Part shown: piece by piece, positions 45,779-57,500 of the stretch | Layout: every line of letters starts with the position of its first letter | Position numbering within the stretch: position 1 is the first letter of the stretch | Source: Paraliomyxa miuraensis | GTDB lineage: Bacteria > Myxococcota_A > Polyangia > Nannocystales > Nannocystaceae | Assembly (NCBI RefSeq): GCF_026337845.1 | Contig: NZ_JAOVZF010000146.1 | Span: 121,015 to 185,014 of the forward strand | Reading direction: 5' to 3' | DNA length: 64,000 nucleotides | Translations under genes and position numbers: made by a program | The notes under the pieces: generated by a model | Told to the model about the DNA's origin: nothing | Seen by the model: the letters and a program-made list of their open reading frames with translations, nothing else | The model's database searches: none

Positions 45779-48700
45779 TCGCGCTGGCCCCACCGCCTCC
45801 ACCCACCGCCGACTCGGCGACCGCTCGCTTGTGCTCCTGCAGCGCGAGGATCCGCTCCTCCACCGTGTCGCGGGCCACCAGGCGGTGAACCAGCACGGGC
45901 TTGTCCTGCCCGATGCGATGGGCCCGGTCGGCGGCCTGATCCTCCACGGCCGGGTTCCACCACGGGTCGAGCAGGAACACGTGGTCGGCCGCGGTGAGGT
46001 TCAGGCCCGTGCCGCCCGCCCGCAGCGAGATCAGCATCACCGGGGGACCCGCCTCGTCCTGGAAGCGCTCGACCACGGCACCGCGATCGCGGGTGCTGCC
46101 GTCGAGCCGCACGTATGGCAGGCCCGCGTCCTCGAGCACGGGCTCGCACAGATCGAGCAGGCTGGTCCACTGCGAGAACACCAGCGCCTTGTGCTCCTCG
46201 GCCACGCACTCCTCGAGGGTCTCGCGCAGCAGCGCCAGCTTGGACGAGGTGCTCTCCTCCACCGTCGCGTCCGTCGGGGCGCGGTGGCCCGGCACGAGCG
46301 CGGGGTGGCAGGCGGCCTGACGCAGGCGCAGGAGCGCCTCGAGCACGGCCAGCATGTTGTCGCCGGCACCCAGGCGCCTGGCCACGTCGTCCTGGGTGGC
46401 CGCCCGCACGGCGTCGTAGAGCTCGCGCTCGGGCTTGGAGAGCTCGCAGTGGAGCACCACGTCGGTGCGCGGCGGCAGCTCGCGCGCGACCGCTTGCTTG
46501 CGGCGACGCAGCAGGAACGGGCGAATGCGCTGGCGCAGCAGCGCCGCCCGCGAGGCGGCCGCGGCGTCGTCACCGGCGGCGATCGGCTTGACGTAGCGCT
46601 CGTGGAATTCGCTGCGACCACCCAGGAGCCCCGGGTTGGCGAACTGCATCTGGCTCCACAGATCCTCGAGGCGGTTCTCCACCGGGGTGCCGGTCATCGC
46701 CACGCGAAAGCGTCCGGGCATGCGGAAGGCCGCGCGCGCCACCTGGCTGTCGGGGTTCTTGATCGCCTGCGCCTCGTCGAGCACCACCGTGTGCCACTCC
46801 ACCTCCGCGAGCGCGTCGAGATCGAGCCGCAAGAGGGCATAGGTGGTGAGCGTGAGCTCGGCCTTCGGATCGAGCGCCCGGCCCGGCCCGTGATACGTGC
46901 ACACGCGCAGGCTCGGTCGAAAGCGGCGCGCCTCGGCGGCCCAGTTGGGAAGCACGCTGGTGGGGGCCACCACCAGCGTTCGACCTTCCACCGCACACAG
47001 GGCCTGTAGCGTCTTGCCCAGGCCCATGTCGTCGGCCAGGATTCCGCCCAGGCCCGCGCGCCGCAAGAAGCTCAGCCAGCGCACGCCATCGGCTTGATAG
47101 TCGCGCAGGGTGGCCCGAAGGTCGTCGGGCAGCGTCGCGGGGGGCAGGCCCTTGCCGTCGAGGCCCTCGACCAGGGCACGCAGCTGTTCGAACGCGGGGG
47201 GAGGGGGCTGCTCGAGCGCCTCGCACAGCGCGGCCACGTCGGGCAACGCCCATGGCGGCAGCTCGTCGTCGCGTTGCTCCTTGGCGCGGAGGATCGCCAG
47301 CACGCGCGGTCCGTGCTCGGACAGCCACGCCACGGGCACCCGGCCGAAGCCGCCGTCGAGCAGCGGGACCAGCTCGGCGCCCTCGTCCCAGGCCCGCAGC
47401 ACCGCGGTCGCGTCGGCCCGCGCCGTGCCGCGGCCCTCGCCTCGTGGCCGACCGCCCTCGTCGGCGGCCTGGAACCACACGTCGAGCGATCCCTCGTCCA
47501 TCCGTACCCGCGGCTGCAGCACCCCCACCTCGAAGAAGGCGCGATGAGCTCCTCCTTCCCAGCCGAACCCGGCACCCGTTGGTGCCTGATCCTCGAGCCG
47601 CTCGGCCCGCGAGCGCCACGTGACCGCCTCGCTCGCCGACAGCCGCCGCCGCACCCCCGGCTCGAGCTCGAGAGCTCGAAGCTGCCGCAGTACCTCCTTC
47701 TCCAGGCCGAAGTTGCGGATCGGCGCCGCCTCGCCCTCGCCCTGCGACAGCAGCGTGAGCCGATCGCCATCGACCCGTGCCACGGGCGGATCGCCATAGA
47801 CCACCGTGGCCAGCACCTCGAGCTCGTCGCCCATCCGCGCCGTGGCCAGGTGCAGCCGCGGTCGCAGGGTGCGGGCCTGCGGGAGGCGATCGGTCTCCAC
47901 GATCACGGGCAGCCGCCGTCGCCAGCGCGGCAACAGGTCGCCCGCCAGGGTGCCGCGCTCGTCGGACTCGAACACCCAGCCCTTGCGCAGGCGACGGAAG
48001 TGCGGCTCGGACAGCCCATGCCCCGAGAGCGGCGCCAGCTTGCCCGACCGCAGCAGCGCTCCGTTCTTGAAGGTCTTCTCGATCGCCGGATCCTGCTCGA
48101 GCTGGACCTGGAGCTCGTTGCCCACGTCCCAGATGCGCACGCAAAGGCCTGCGCTCTTGGGGCCGATCGTCACCGGATCACCGTCGAGGGTGAGCTGCTC
48201 CACCTTGGAGAGCGCATGCAGCACGTCGGGCACTTGGTCGGCCGCGATGAGTCCCCCGCCCACCGTGCCAAAGCGCTTCTCGAACGCGAGGTCGGCCTCG
48301 GTGGTGACCAGCGGGCACGGCAGTCCCTGGGCGGCTTGCTTGAGCGAGCCGCGGATCGGTCGATCGGGCTCGCCCTCGCGCGCGATCACGCGGCGCAGGG
48401 CGAGGCTGCGCTCGTGGGAGAACAGGCGGTAGGCCACCATCGCGGGCGTCACCGCCATCGGTGCCGCCGCTCGGGCCGAGGCCGTGGGCGCCTGCTCGCC
48501 GTGCTCGCGCAGCTGCTTGATCGCGATGGCTCCGGCCGCCACGTGCATGCACGCGTCCTCGCGACCGTTGCACTCGCAATCCCACTCGTGCTCGTCGGGA
48601 TAGAGGCTCACCAGCGGTGAGACCACGCCGCTGCCCATGGTGACCCGCAGCTCCACCTCGTCGCCGCGATCGTCCACGCCCACCACGGCGCCGCTTCGCG

Positions 48701-48821
48701 CCAGCTCCACGCCTCGCGACCAGGTGCGGGGGGAGCAGGCCTGTCGGATTGCGCGAAGGAACTCGTCCACGAGGCGCACGGTAGCAAGGGGTGGACGGCG
48801 TCGCGGTTGGCCGGTCCACAT
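45744..48821 (-). CDS. SNF2-family DNA-dependent ATPase/helicase with N-terminal SWIM zinc finger (1025 aa)
   Basis: SWIM CxCxnCxH ([17 protein letters not shown]). SNF2 motif [18 protein letters not shown] box DEAQAIKN, and helicase C-terminal domain with the RAHRIGQ motif. Confidence 0.85.
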   Translation of the reverse strand: MWTGQPRRRPPLATVRLVDEFLRAIRQACSPRTWSRGVELARSGAVVGVDDRGDEVELRVTMGSGVVSPLVSLYPDEHEWDCECNGREDACMHVAAGAIAIKQLREHGEQAPTASARAAAPMAVTPAMVAYRLFSHERSLALRRVIAREGEPDRPIRGSLKQAAQGLPCPLVTTEADLAFEKRFGTVGGGLIAADQVPDVLHALSKVEQLTLDGDPVTIGPKSAGLCVRIWDVGNELQVQLEQDPAIEKTFKNGALLRSGKLAPLSGHGLSEPHFRRLRKGWVFESDERGTLAGDLLPRWRRRLPVIVETDRLPQARTLRPRLHLATARMGDELEVLATVVYGDPPVARVDGDRLTLLSQGEGEAAPIRNFGLEKEVLRQLRALELEPGVRRRLSASEAVTWRSRAERLEDQAPTGAGFGWEGGAHRAFFEVGVLQPRVRMDEGSLDVWFQAADEGGRPRGEGRGTARADATAVLRAWDEGAELVPLLDGGFGRVPVAWLSEHGPRVLAILRAKEQRDDELPPWALPDVAALCEALEQPPPPAFEQLRALVEGLDGKGLPPATLPDDLRATLRDYQADGVRWLSFLRRAGLGGILADDMGLGKTLQALCAVEGRTLVVAPTSVLPNWAAEARRFRPSLRVCTYHGPGRALDPKAELTLTTYALLRLDLDALAEVEWHTVVLDEAQAIKNPDSQVARAAFRMPGRFRVAMTGTPVENRLEDLWSQMQFANPGLLGGRSEFHERYVKPIAAGDDAAAASRAALLRQRIRPFLLRRRKQAVARELPPRTDVVLHCELSKPERELYDAVRAATQDDVARRLGAGDNMLAVLEALLRLRQAACHPALVPGHRAPTDATVEESTSSKLALLRETLEECVAEEHKALVFSQWTSLLDLCEPVLEDAGLPYVRLDGSTRDRGAVVERFQDEAGPPVMLISLRAGGTGLNLTAADHVFLLDPWWNPAVEDQAADRAHRIGQDKPVLVHRLVARDTVEERILALQEHKRAVAESAVGGGGGASAITREELLALLE

Positions 48822-48902
48822 GCCCGGCGGATTGGGAGAAATGTGCCGAATTCAGAGTGGCCACCCGCGTTCGATCCCACATGCTGAGCGCGAAACCCCA
48901 TC

Positions 48903-51900
48903 ATGCGAACGAAGGCTTGGATCTGGGCCATCGGTGCCCTCGCCGCACAAGCGGCGGTGGTTCGATCCGCCAAGGCGGACCAGGGAGATGCGGTGATCGT
49001 CGGCGTCGTCAAGGACGCCGACACCGACGATCCCATCGTCGAGGCCTCGGTCTCGGTGACCGGCGACAACTTGATCGGTGAGCAGGCCGTGGTCACCGAC
49101 GACAGCGGCATCTTCCGGCTGCCGAACCTCCCACCCGGCGAGTACACGATCGAGGTCGCCCGCGACGGCTACGAGCTGGTGTCCCGCACCGGGGTGGTGC
49201 TGCAGGCCAATGCCACCGTCCGCATCGACACCCGGCTGCGAAGGGTGGACACCGAGACCACGCGGACCCTCGTGGTGCCCGCGCCCACCATCGACGTGGG
49301 CAGCGCCGCCACCGGGATGAACATCTCGAGCGAGTTCTCCAAGCGCGTGCCGGTGGCCACTCCGGGCGCCAAGGGCGGTGCCACCCGTAGCTTCGAGGCG
49401 GTGGCCGAGGCCACCCCGGGCGCGCGCAACGACCTCTACGGCACGTCGATCGCGGGCACCACCTCGCCCGAGAACAATTACGTCATCGACGGAATCTCGG
49501 TCAACAACCCGGCTTACGGCATCAACGGCAGCTCGCTGTCGGTGGAGTTCCTGCAGGAGGTCAACGTCGAGAGCGGCGGCTACATGCCGGAGTTCGGGCG
49601 CTCCACGGGCGGCATCGTCAACGCGGTCACCCAGAGCGGCGGCAACGAGCTCCACGGCAGCGTGTGGGGCTTCTACACGCCGGGCCGGCTGGAGGGGCAG
49701 CGCAAGGTCGTCCAGCGCGAGGGCTCGGCGATCGTGGGCGAGCCCACGCTCGGCTGGATCGGCGACGCCGGCTTCGACATCGGCGGGCCGATCATCGAGG
49801 ACCGGCTGTGGTTCTACGGCGGCTTCCAGGCCGCTCGCGCGGTCACCAACATCGACACCTCGTGGCACCGCCTGGTGGTCGATCCCGACACGGCCGAGGT
49901 GGAGGTGGACGAGGCCACCGGCTACTCGGTCACCGAGCGGATCCCCGGCACCACCCTGCGTCGCAAGGCCCAGGCCACCACGTTCCAGGTGCTGGGCAAG
50001 CTGACGTTCCGCGCCAACGACAACCACACCTTCGACCTGCTCGGGATCTACAGCCCCGTGCTCGCGGGCGGCAACGGCACCTACGGCGTCGACGCCCGCA
50101 GCGGGCAGCCCGAGGTCGGCAACACTCCGCTGGGCCACTACGAGGCGCTCGGCAACACCTACCGCGACGACTCGGCCGACGTGAACTTCAAGTGGTCGGC
50201 GACCACCGATGACAAGAAGTGGACGTTCGACACGATGATCGGGTGGCACCACCAGATCTCGTCGCAACGGGCCGTCGACGGCTCGAAGGTCGGCGACACG
50301 ACCGGCCTGGCCGCGATCCCCGGGGTGGTCTACCGCCGCAACGACCCGGGGCCGCACTCGATCCTCGACTTCGAAGACATGCCCGGCGGCGCTCCGGCCG
50401 ACGCCTGTGATCCAGTGGAGATCCCCGATACCGCCGACCCGGCGGCCACGATCCGCACCGAGACCTGTCCGGTGCAGACCTATGTCATCAACGGTCCCGG
50501 GTTCCTGTTCGAGCGCCAGCTCGAGCGCGTGCAGGGGCGTCACATGATCACCCGCTGGGCCCAGGGCGCCGGCCACCACGTGATCAAGGGCGGCGTCGAC
50601 ATCGAGTACAACCAGTACCAGAACCTGCGCGGCTACAGCGGCGGCGTCCTCTACCGCGAGTCGCCCAGCGGCACCACGTTCTCGGACTACCGCATGCAGG
50701 GCTTCCTCGTCGGGCCCGACGACGCGGTCGTCGTGAACTCCCTGTTCTGGGGCACCTCCTCGGTCACCGCGGGCGCGTTCTTGCAGGACAGCTGGAACGT
50801 CATGGACAAGGTCACGCTCAACGCGGGCCTGCGCTACGACGCCCAGTTCTTGTTCGCCGCCGACAAGACCCTGGCGCTGGCCCTGCCCAACCAGATCTCG
50901 CCGCGCGTGGGTCTCATCTGGGATCCCACCTACGAGGGCAAGTCCAAGCTGTTCGCCAACTACGCGCGGTTCTACCAGAGCGTGCCGCTCGACATCGCCG
51001 ACCGTGCGGCCTCGGGCGATCCCGGCCTGGCCTCGAACCACCCCGCCGACGTGTGCGACCCCTCCGACCCCGTCCAGGCCACGGGGATCTGCCAGACCGA
51101 CGAGGGGCGCGTGCCGACCGGCGGTCGCACCGACAACGACCAGGTCTGGAGTGCGATCGGGGCCGGCCGCACTCCGGTCGACCCCGACATCAAGCCGCAG
51201 TCGAGCGACGAGCTGGTGTTCGGTGGTGAGTACGAGATCTTCGCCAACGCCCGCCTGGGGGTGAGCTACTCCCGCCGCTGGCTCAACTACGTCATCGAGG
51301 ACATGAGCCGCGACGAGGCCAACACCTACTTCGTGGGCAACCCGGGCTACGGCATCGCCACCGACTTTCCCAAGGCGCAGCGCAACTACGACGCGGTGAT
51401 CATCTACCTGCACAAGCGCTTCGCCGACCACTGGCTCATGGACGCCAGCTACACGGTGTCGTGGCTGCGCGGCAACATCGCGGGTCTGTTCCGACCCGAG
51501 ACGGGCCAGCTCGACCCCAACATCAATTCCGACTTCGACCTGATCTCGCTGCTCGAGAACCGCTACGGCCCGCTGTCCGGCGACCACCGGCACGACATCA
51601 AGCTGTTCGGCGCGGGGGAGATCCCGCTTCCGGGCAACAACATGGTGCTGGCCGGCGGGGCCATTCGGGCGCGCTCGGGCGGCCCCACCAATGTGATGGG
51701 CTCGCACTACCGCTACGGGCTCCACGAGTCGTTCATCCTGCCGCGCGGGTCGGGCGAGCGGCTGCCGTGGACCTTCAGCGTCGACAGCAACCTGGGCTTT
51801 CGCCACGAGTTCAGCCGAGATCTCGCGCTGACTGTCTCGATGGACGTGTTCAACGTGCTCAACCTGCAGCAGACGGTCGCGGTCGACCAGGACTACACGT

Positions 51901-52058
51901 TCAGCGACGTCAACCCCATCCCCGGCGGCACCATGGACGACCTGCCCGGCCTCACCGACATCAACGGGGCCCCGGTCGTCGAGAACCCCAACTTCGGCAA
52001 GCCGATCGCCTACCAGCGCCCGCGGACCTTCCGCTTCGGGCTTCGCTTCGAGTTCTAG
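48903..52058 (+). CDS. Oar-like TonB-dependent outer-membrane receptor (CarboxypepD_reg domain plus plug plus 22-strand barrel, 1051 aa), copy 1
   Basis: Signal peptide. CarbopepD_reg segment VIVGVVKDADTDDPIVEASVSV...DDSGIFRLPNLPPGEYTIEV. Long barrel ending in aromatic ...FRFGLRFEF, the OMP C-terminal signature. Confidence 0.8.
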   Translation: MRTKAWIWAIGALAAQAAVVRSAKADQGDAVIVGVVKDADTDDPIVEASVSVTGDNLIGEQAVVTDDSGIFRLPNLPPGEYTIEVARDGYELVSRTGVVLQANATVRIDTRLRRVDTETTRTLVVPAPTIDVGSAATGMNISSEFSKRVPVATPGAKGGATRSFEAVAEATPGARNDLYGTSIAGTTSPENNYVIDGISVNNPAYGINGSSLSVEFLQEVNVESGGYMPEFGRSTGGIVNAVTQSGGNELHGSVWGFYTPGRLEGQRKVVQREGSAIVGEPTLGWIGDAGFDIGGPIIEDRLWFYGGFQAARAVTNIDTSWHRLVVDPDTAEVEVDEATGYSVTERIPGTTLRRKAQATTFQVLGKLTFRANDNHTFDLLGIYSPVLAGGNGTYGVDARSGQPEVGNTPLGHYEALGNTYRDDSADVNFKWSATTDDKKWTFDTMIGWHHQISSQRAVDGSKVGDTTGLAAIPGVVYRRNDPGPHSILDFEDMPGGAPADACDPVEIPDTADPAATIRTETCPVQTYVINGPGFLFERQLERVQGRHMITRWAQGAGHHVIKGGVDIEYNQYQNLRGYSGGVLYRESPSGTTFSDYRMQGFLVGPDDAVVVNSLFWGTSSVTAGAFLQDSWNVMDKVTLNAGLRYDAQFLFAADKTLALALPNQISPRVGLIWDPTYEGKSKLFANYARFYQSVPLDIADRAASGDPGLASNHPADVCDPSDPVQATGICQTDEGRVPTGGRTDNDQVWSAIGAGRTPVDPDIKPQSSDELVFGGEYEIFANARLGVSYSRRWLNYVIEDMSRDEANTYFVGNPGYGIATDFPKAQRNYDAVIIYLHKRFADHWLMDASYTVSWLRGNIAGLFRPETGQLDPNINSDFDLISLLENRYGPLSGDHRHDIKLFGAGEIPLPGNNMVLAGGAIRARSGGPTNVMGSHYRYGLHESFILPRGSGERLPWTFSVDSNLGFRHEFSRDLALTVSMDVFNVLNLQQTVAVDQDYTFSDVNPIPGGTMDDLPGLTDINGAPVVENPNFGKPIAYQRPRTFRFGLRFEF

Positions 52059-52076
52059 CCCATGGGAGAGCCGATC

Positions 52077-52841
52077 ATGATCTCCACGCTCGACCGCTGC
52101 TTCCGTTGGGTCTCGGCGCTGGTCTGCCCGGCGGCGCTGCTCGGCGTGCTCGGCGGGTCCGGCTGTCAGCAGCCCGATCTCAACTGCACCGTCTACCACG
52201 GCACCTACGCCGCCAAGTACGAGCTCGAGAGCGGCGATCCGACCTCCGTGTGTGGTTCGCTGCCGGGCGACGTGCTCGGGCTCAATGCCTACTACGCCGA
52301 CGCGGGTGGACGCCCCGACCTCGAGCAGGGCTCGATCGCCATCCGGCCCCGGTACGTCAACGCGCTGATCTTCCACGCACTCGAGCAGGGCGTGACGGAT
52401 CTGTCGATGGACGAGGATGCTCAGTCGGTGGGTGACTTCAGCGCGGGCAGGCCGGGGGCCGACGATTTCTGCGAGGCGCCGACCCTCTCGGAGGCCACGA
52501 TCACCATCCCCGAGGTTCCCGAGGTCCCCGACGACCCCGAGACTCCGGACGAGGACGAGAGCGCCCCGCTCCAGCCCGCCACGACGATCTCCTACGACTG
52601 GAGCAACGTCCGCGTCCTGGTCAACGCCGACGCCCAGGGCACGCAATTCTCGGCCGATCTGCACTTCGAGCAAGACGGCTGCGCCGCCCGGTACCACGTG
52701 ATCGCGATGTATCCCGCGGTGGGCTGCACGAGCGACGAAGACTGCGCCAACGCTGGGAGCATCAACCCCGGCTTCTCCACCGAGTGCTCACCGGGCCTGG
52801 GCCTGTGCGTGCTGACCGACGAGCCGCCTTCCTACGAGTGA
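52077..52841 (+). CDS. lipoprotein, hypothetical (paralogue of 57676..58422)
   Basis: Signal plus lipobox (LGVLGGSGC), conserved Cys pattern. 4 nt downstream of the Oar-like gene. Confidence 0.55.
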   Translation: MISTLDRCFRWVSALVCPAALLGVLGGSGCQQPDLNCTVYHGTYAAKYELESGDPTSVCGSLPGDVLGLNAYYADAGGRPDLEQGSIAIRPRYVNALIFHALEQGVTDLSMDEDAQSVGDFSAGRPGADDFCEAPTLSEATITIPEVPEVPDDPETPDEDESAPLQPATTISYDWSNVRVLVNADAQGTQFSADLHFEQDGCAARYHVIAMYPAVGCTSDEDCANAGSINPGFSTECSPGLGLCVLTDEPPSYE

Positions 52842-52865
52842 GCCGGAACGTTTCGTGAGGGGATC

Positions 52866-53567
52866 ATGATCGTGCACCACCGTACCTCGTCCTTCTTCGC
52901 TCGCGCGCTGACGCTCGGGCTCACCGCTGGTCTCGTGCTGCTGCCCACCTCCGGTAGGGCCGCTCCCAACGCGGGTGCCACCGACGAGGCGGCCGCGGCC
53001 ACGCCCGAAGGTGAGCCGCCCGCTCCCGCGGCTGCGACCGCGTCCACCGAAGCGTCGCCGCAACCGGAGGTACAGCCGCAGCCCGAGCCGCAGCCCAAGC
53101 CGGTGGTGAGCCCGCCCAGGCCTGCTCCAGAAGATCTCTCCGACGGGTCGCTGCCCGATCCCACCAAGGCTCGCCGTCTGCGAGTGGGGGGCGTCTACAC
53201 GCTGCTCGCGGGCAGCGTGGTCGCCCTCGCTGGCGTGGGGCTCGGCATTGGCTTCACGATCAAGGGCAAGCGGCTCGACGACGACCGGCGTGCGATCGAG
53301 GACGCGCTGTTCCTCGATGACTGTGCCATGAGCGATACGTCGGCGTGCCGCGCCTACCGAGCCGACTTCGCCGACGCGCAGAGCAAGATCGACGCTGCCA
53401 ACACCAGCGCGCGCGTGGGTGGCATCCTCGTGCTCGCAGGCGCCGTCGTGATCATCGCGGGCGGGGTGGCCCACCGCGAGGGCGTGCGGATGGAGGAGCG
53501 CCTGCGTGAGGCTCGCATCCGCGTGGCCCCGTCGCTCGGCGGCGCGGTGATCAGCGGGCGATTCTAG
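52866..53567 (+). CDS. Pro/Glu-rich membrane protein, hypothetical (paralogue of 58447..59211)
   Basis: Signal/TM, a PEPQPKP low-complexity segment, and two predicted TM helices flanking a Cys-containing loop. Ends ...RVAPSLGGAVISGRF, identical to the paralogue. Confidence 0.5.
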   Translation: MIVHHRTSSFFARALTLGLTAGLVLLPTSGRAAPNAGATDEAAAATPEGEPPAPAAATASTEASPQPEVQPQPEPQPKPVVSPPRPAPEDLSDGSLPDPTKARRLRVGGVYTLLAGSVVALAGVGLGIGFTIKGKRLDDDRRAIEDALFLDDCAMSDTSACRAYRADFADAQSKIDAANTSARVGGILVLAGAVVIIAGGVAHREGVRMEERLREARIRVAPSLGGAVISGRF

Positions 53568-54504
53568 CTCCCGGGCCTCACGCCCTCCGGCGATCGACGA
53601 ACCCGGGGGGCAGCGGGAGCTGCTCGCGACGGCGATCGCAGCGGGTCTTCTCCATGGGCATGGGAGCCCGTCCCACGGAGAGACGGCGCAGCGAGATCCT
53701 GGCCACGCCCACGGAGTGGCGTCCGCGAGGCGGAAGGGCGGGCTGCGGCGGGGCTCGGCGGACGGTCTCGTCCTCCCTGGGCTTGGTGAAGCGGCGGACC
53801 GGCATGCCCCCACCGTAGCAACGGTGCCGACTGGCTCGAAGAAACTGGCCCGCTCGGGATGAGGTGACCAGGCGGACGTGTGAGGCCCAGTCGAGCCGGG
53901 CAGATCACCTCACTTCCACTCTCGAACTTTCGTGCGTCTCTCCCCTGAACGTTCGAAGAGCATCGGCGGTCGCAGCCGGAGTCTCGGACCTCGGCAATCG
54001 CTTGCGCAGTGACGGGTCGGCTCGGCCGTCGTCGCTCGGGACCGCAACCGCGAATACGATCCGGACATCGTTGCAGGTCGCCAATTCGATCGATTCGATC
54101 GGGCCGACCGAGTCGTCTCCGACCGTCTGGCCGGGCGGCCGAATTGCGAATTCGCGCATTCGGCACAGTCTCCACCCAGGTCCCTGGGCCCTCGATTGGC
54201 CCGCTAGGGCACCACCCTCGGAGGGCATTCCCCCTACTTTTGGCGTTGACGGGGTTTTGCTCCGGCTGCTATCGATTTTGCACCCGTCCTTCCCCCCGGA
54301 ATTCCCGGGTAGGGCCCTCGAGATCTCGCCACTGAGGGTCCCAACGAGGCGGACACGGCGAATCGTTCACCCCTCTGGCCCCGGCCAGAGCACTCACTGC
54401 CGACTTCCGCGTCCCGCACGTTGCGTGGCGATGGGGTCTTGCGGGCTGTTGCCCTTCACTCCGACTCCCGCGGTCCACGACCGTGGGAACGCTGAGACTC
54501 GTCT

Positions 54505-57500
54505 ATGCGAACGAAGGCTTGGATCTGGGCCATGGGTGCCCTCGCCGCACAAGCGGCGGTGGTTCAAACCGCCAAGGCGGACCAGGGAGATGCCGTCATC
54601 ATCGGTGTCGTCAAGGACGCTGCGTCAGGAGACCCGATCGCCGAGGCGTCGGTTTCGGTGACCAGCGAAAACCTGCAGGGCGAGCAAGCGGTGGTGACCG
54701 ACAGCAGCGGCATCTTCCGCCTGCCCAACCTCCCGCCCGGCGAGTACACCATCGAGATCGTCCGCGACGGCTACGAGGTGGTCTCGCGTGCGGGCGTGCT
54801 GCTGCAGGCCAACGCCACCGTTCGCATCGACACCCGCCTGCGGCCGGTCGACACGGCGACCACCCGAACCCTCGTGGTGCCCTCGCCCACCGTCGACGTG
54901 GGCAGCACCTCCACGGGGATGAACATCTCCACCGAGTTCTCCCGCCGGGTGCCGGTGGCGCAGCCCGCTGGCAAGGGCGGCGCCAACCGCAGCTTCGAGG
55001 CGGTGGCGGAGGCGACCCCGGGCGCGCGCAACGACCTCTACGGCACCTCGGTGGCCGGTACCACGTCGCCCGAGAACAACTTCGTGGTCGACGGGATCTC
55101 GGTCAACGACCCCGCGTTCGGCATCAACGGCACCGCGCTCTCGGTCGAGTTCCTCACCCAGGTCGACGTCGAGAGCGGCGGCTTCATGCCGGAGTACGGC
55201 CGGGCGACCGGCGGCATCCTGAACGCCGTGACCAAGAGCGGCGGCAACGAGCTGCACGGAAGCGTGTGGGGCTTCTACACGCCGGGTCAGCTCGAGGGGC
55301 GCCGCAAGATCGTCGAGCGGGAAGGCTCGGCCGTGATCGCCGAGCCCTCCCTGGGCTGGATCGGCGACGCGGGCTTCGACATCGGCGGGCCGATCATCAA
55401 GGACAGGCTGTGGTTCTACGGCGGGTTCCAGGCCGCGCGCAGCGTCTACAACCTCGACACCTCGTGGTACCGCACGCTGGTCGATCCCGACACGGCCGAG
55501 GTGCTCACCGACGACGTGACCGGGTTCGCCCTCACCGAGCGCATCCCCGGTACGTTCGTGCATCGCAAGGCGCAGTCGACCTCGATTCAGGTGGTCGGCA
55601 AGCTGACGTTCCGGGCCAACAAGAACCACAGCTTCGACCTGCTCGGCATCTACATCCCGACCCTCTCGGGCGGCAACGGGACCTACGGTCTCGACGCGCG
55701 CACCGGGCTGCCCGAGGTGGCCACGGGCCTGGGCCACTACGAGTCGCTGGCTCACAGCTACCGCGACGATGCGGGCGACCTCAACTTCAAGTGGTCGGCC
55801 ACCACCAACGACAAGAAGTGGATCTTCGACACCATGGTCGGCTGGCACCACCAGCGCGCCTCTCGGATGCCCTCCGATGGCTCGCGCCTGGGTGACACCA
55901 CCGGCCTGGCGGCGATCCCCGGCGTGATCTACCGCCGCAACAACCCGGGCCCGCACTCGATCCTCGACTTCGAGGATCTGCCGAGCGGAGCGCCCGATGA
56001 TGCGTGCGCGCCGGTGACGGTCCCCGATCCCACCGATCCCACGCTCGAGATCGTGACCGAGACCTGCCCGGTCACCGGCTACTCCATCAACGGCCCCGGC
56101 TTCCTCTACGACCGCCAGCTCGAGCGCGTCCAGGGCCGCCACATGATCACCCACTGGGCGCAGGGGGCGGGTCACCACCTCATCAAGGGTGGCATCGACG
56201 TCGACTACATGCAGTACACCAACCTCCGCGGCTACAGCGGCGGCGTGCTGTACCGCGAGTCGACCAGCGGCACCACCTTCTCGGACTACCGCCAGCAGGG
56301 CTTCCTCATCGGACCCGACGACGCGGTGGTGCTGCGGAGCTTGCAGTGGACCACCTTCTCGGTGACCTCGGGCGCGTTCTTGCAGGACAGCTGGAACATC
56401 ATGGACAAGGTCACGCTCAACGCGGGCCTTCGCTACGACTCCCAGTTCCTGTTCGGCAACGACAAGAACCTCGCCCTGGCCCTGCCCAACCAGCTCTCGC
56501 CGCGCGTCGGCCTCATCTGGGATCCCACCTACGAGGGCCGTGCCAAGATCTTCGGCAACTACGCCCGCTTCTATCAGAGCGTGCCGCTCGACATCGCCGA
56601 CCGCTCGGGCTCGGGTGACCCGGGTCTGGCCTCGATCCACCCCGCCTCGGCGTGTGATCCGAGCGACCCGGACCAGGCCACCGGCGCCTGCCGCGAGGAC
56701 GCCGCGCGTCTGCCCATCGGTGGCCCCGCCGACAACGATCAGCTGTGGATCGCGTTCGGTGCCGGCAAGACCCCGGTCGATCCCAACCTCAAGCCGCAGT
56801 CGAGCGATGAGCTGGTGTTCGGCGGCGAGTACGAGATCTTCCAGAACGGTCGCCTGGGCATGAGCTACACCCGTCGGTGGCTCAACCGAGTCATCGAGGA
56901 CATGAGCCGCGACGAGGCCTACACCTACTTCGTGGGCAACCCGGGGTACGGCATCGCGACCGACTTCCCCAAGGCCCAGCGCAAGTACGACGCGATCATC
57001 CTCTACCTGCACAAGCGCTTCGCCGACCACTGGCTCTTGGACGCCAGCTACACGGTGTCGTGGCTGCGCGGCAACATCGCGGGTCTGTTCCGGCCCGAGT
57101 CGGGGCAGCTCGATCCCAACATCAACTCCGACTTCGACCTGATCTCGCTGCTCGACAACCGCTTCGGGCCGCTGCCGGGCGACCACCGCCACGACATCAA
57201 GCTGTTCACCGCGGGCGAGATCCCCATCGGCGACAAGGACTTCATCATGGCCGGCGGCGCGGTGCGAACCCGCTCGGGTGGCCCCACCAACGTGATGGCC
57301 TCGCACTACCTCTACGGCTCGCAGGAGTCGTTCATCCTGCCGCGCGGCTCGGGTGAGCGCTTGCCGTGGAACTTCAGCGTGGACACCAACCTGGGCTACC
57401 GGCACCAGTTCAACAAGGACCTCGCGCTCACCGTGTCGATGGACGTGTTCAACGTCCTCAACCTGCAGCAGGTGATCGCGGTCGATGAGACCTACACCAC

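Noticed and set aside
46037-48144. Alternative-frame ORFs inside the SNF2 helicase gene (for example 46570..48144(-), 47094..48620(+))
   Set aside because: Junk composition. The helicase frame carries all SNF2 motifs continuously.
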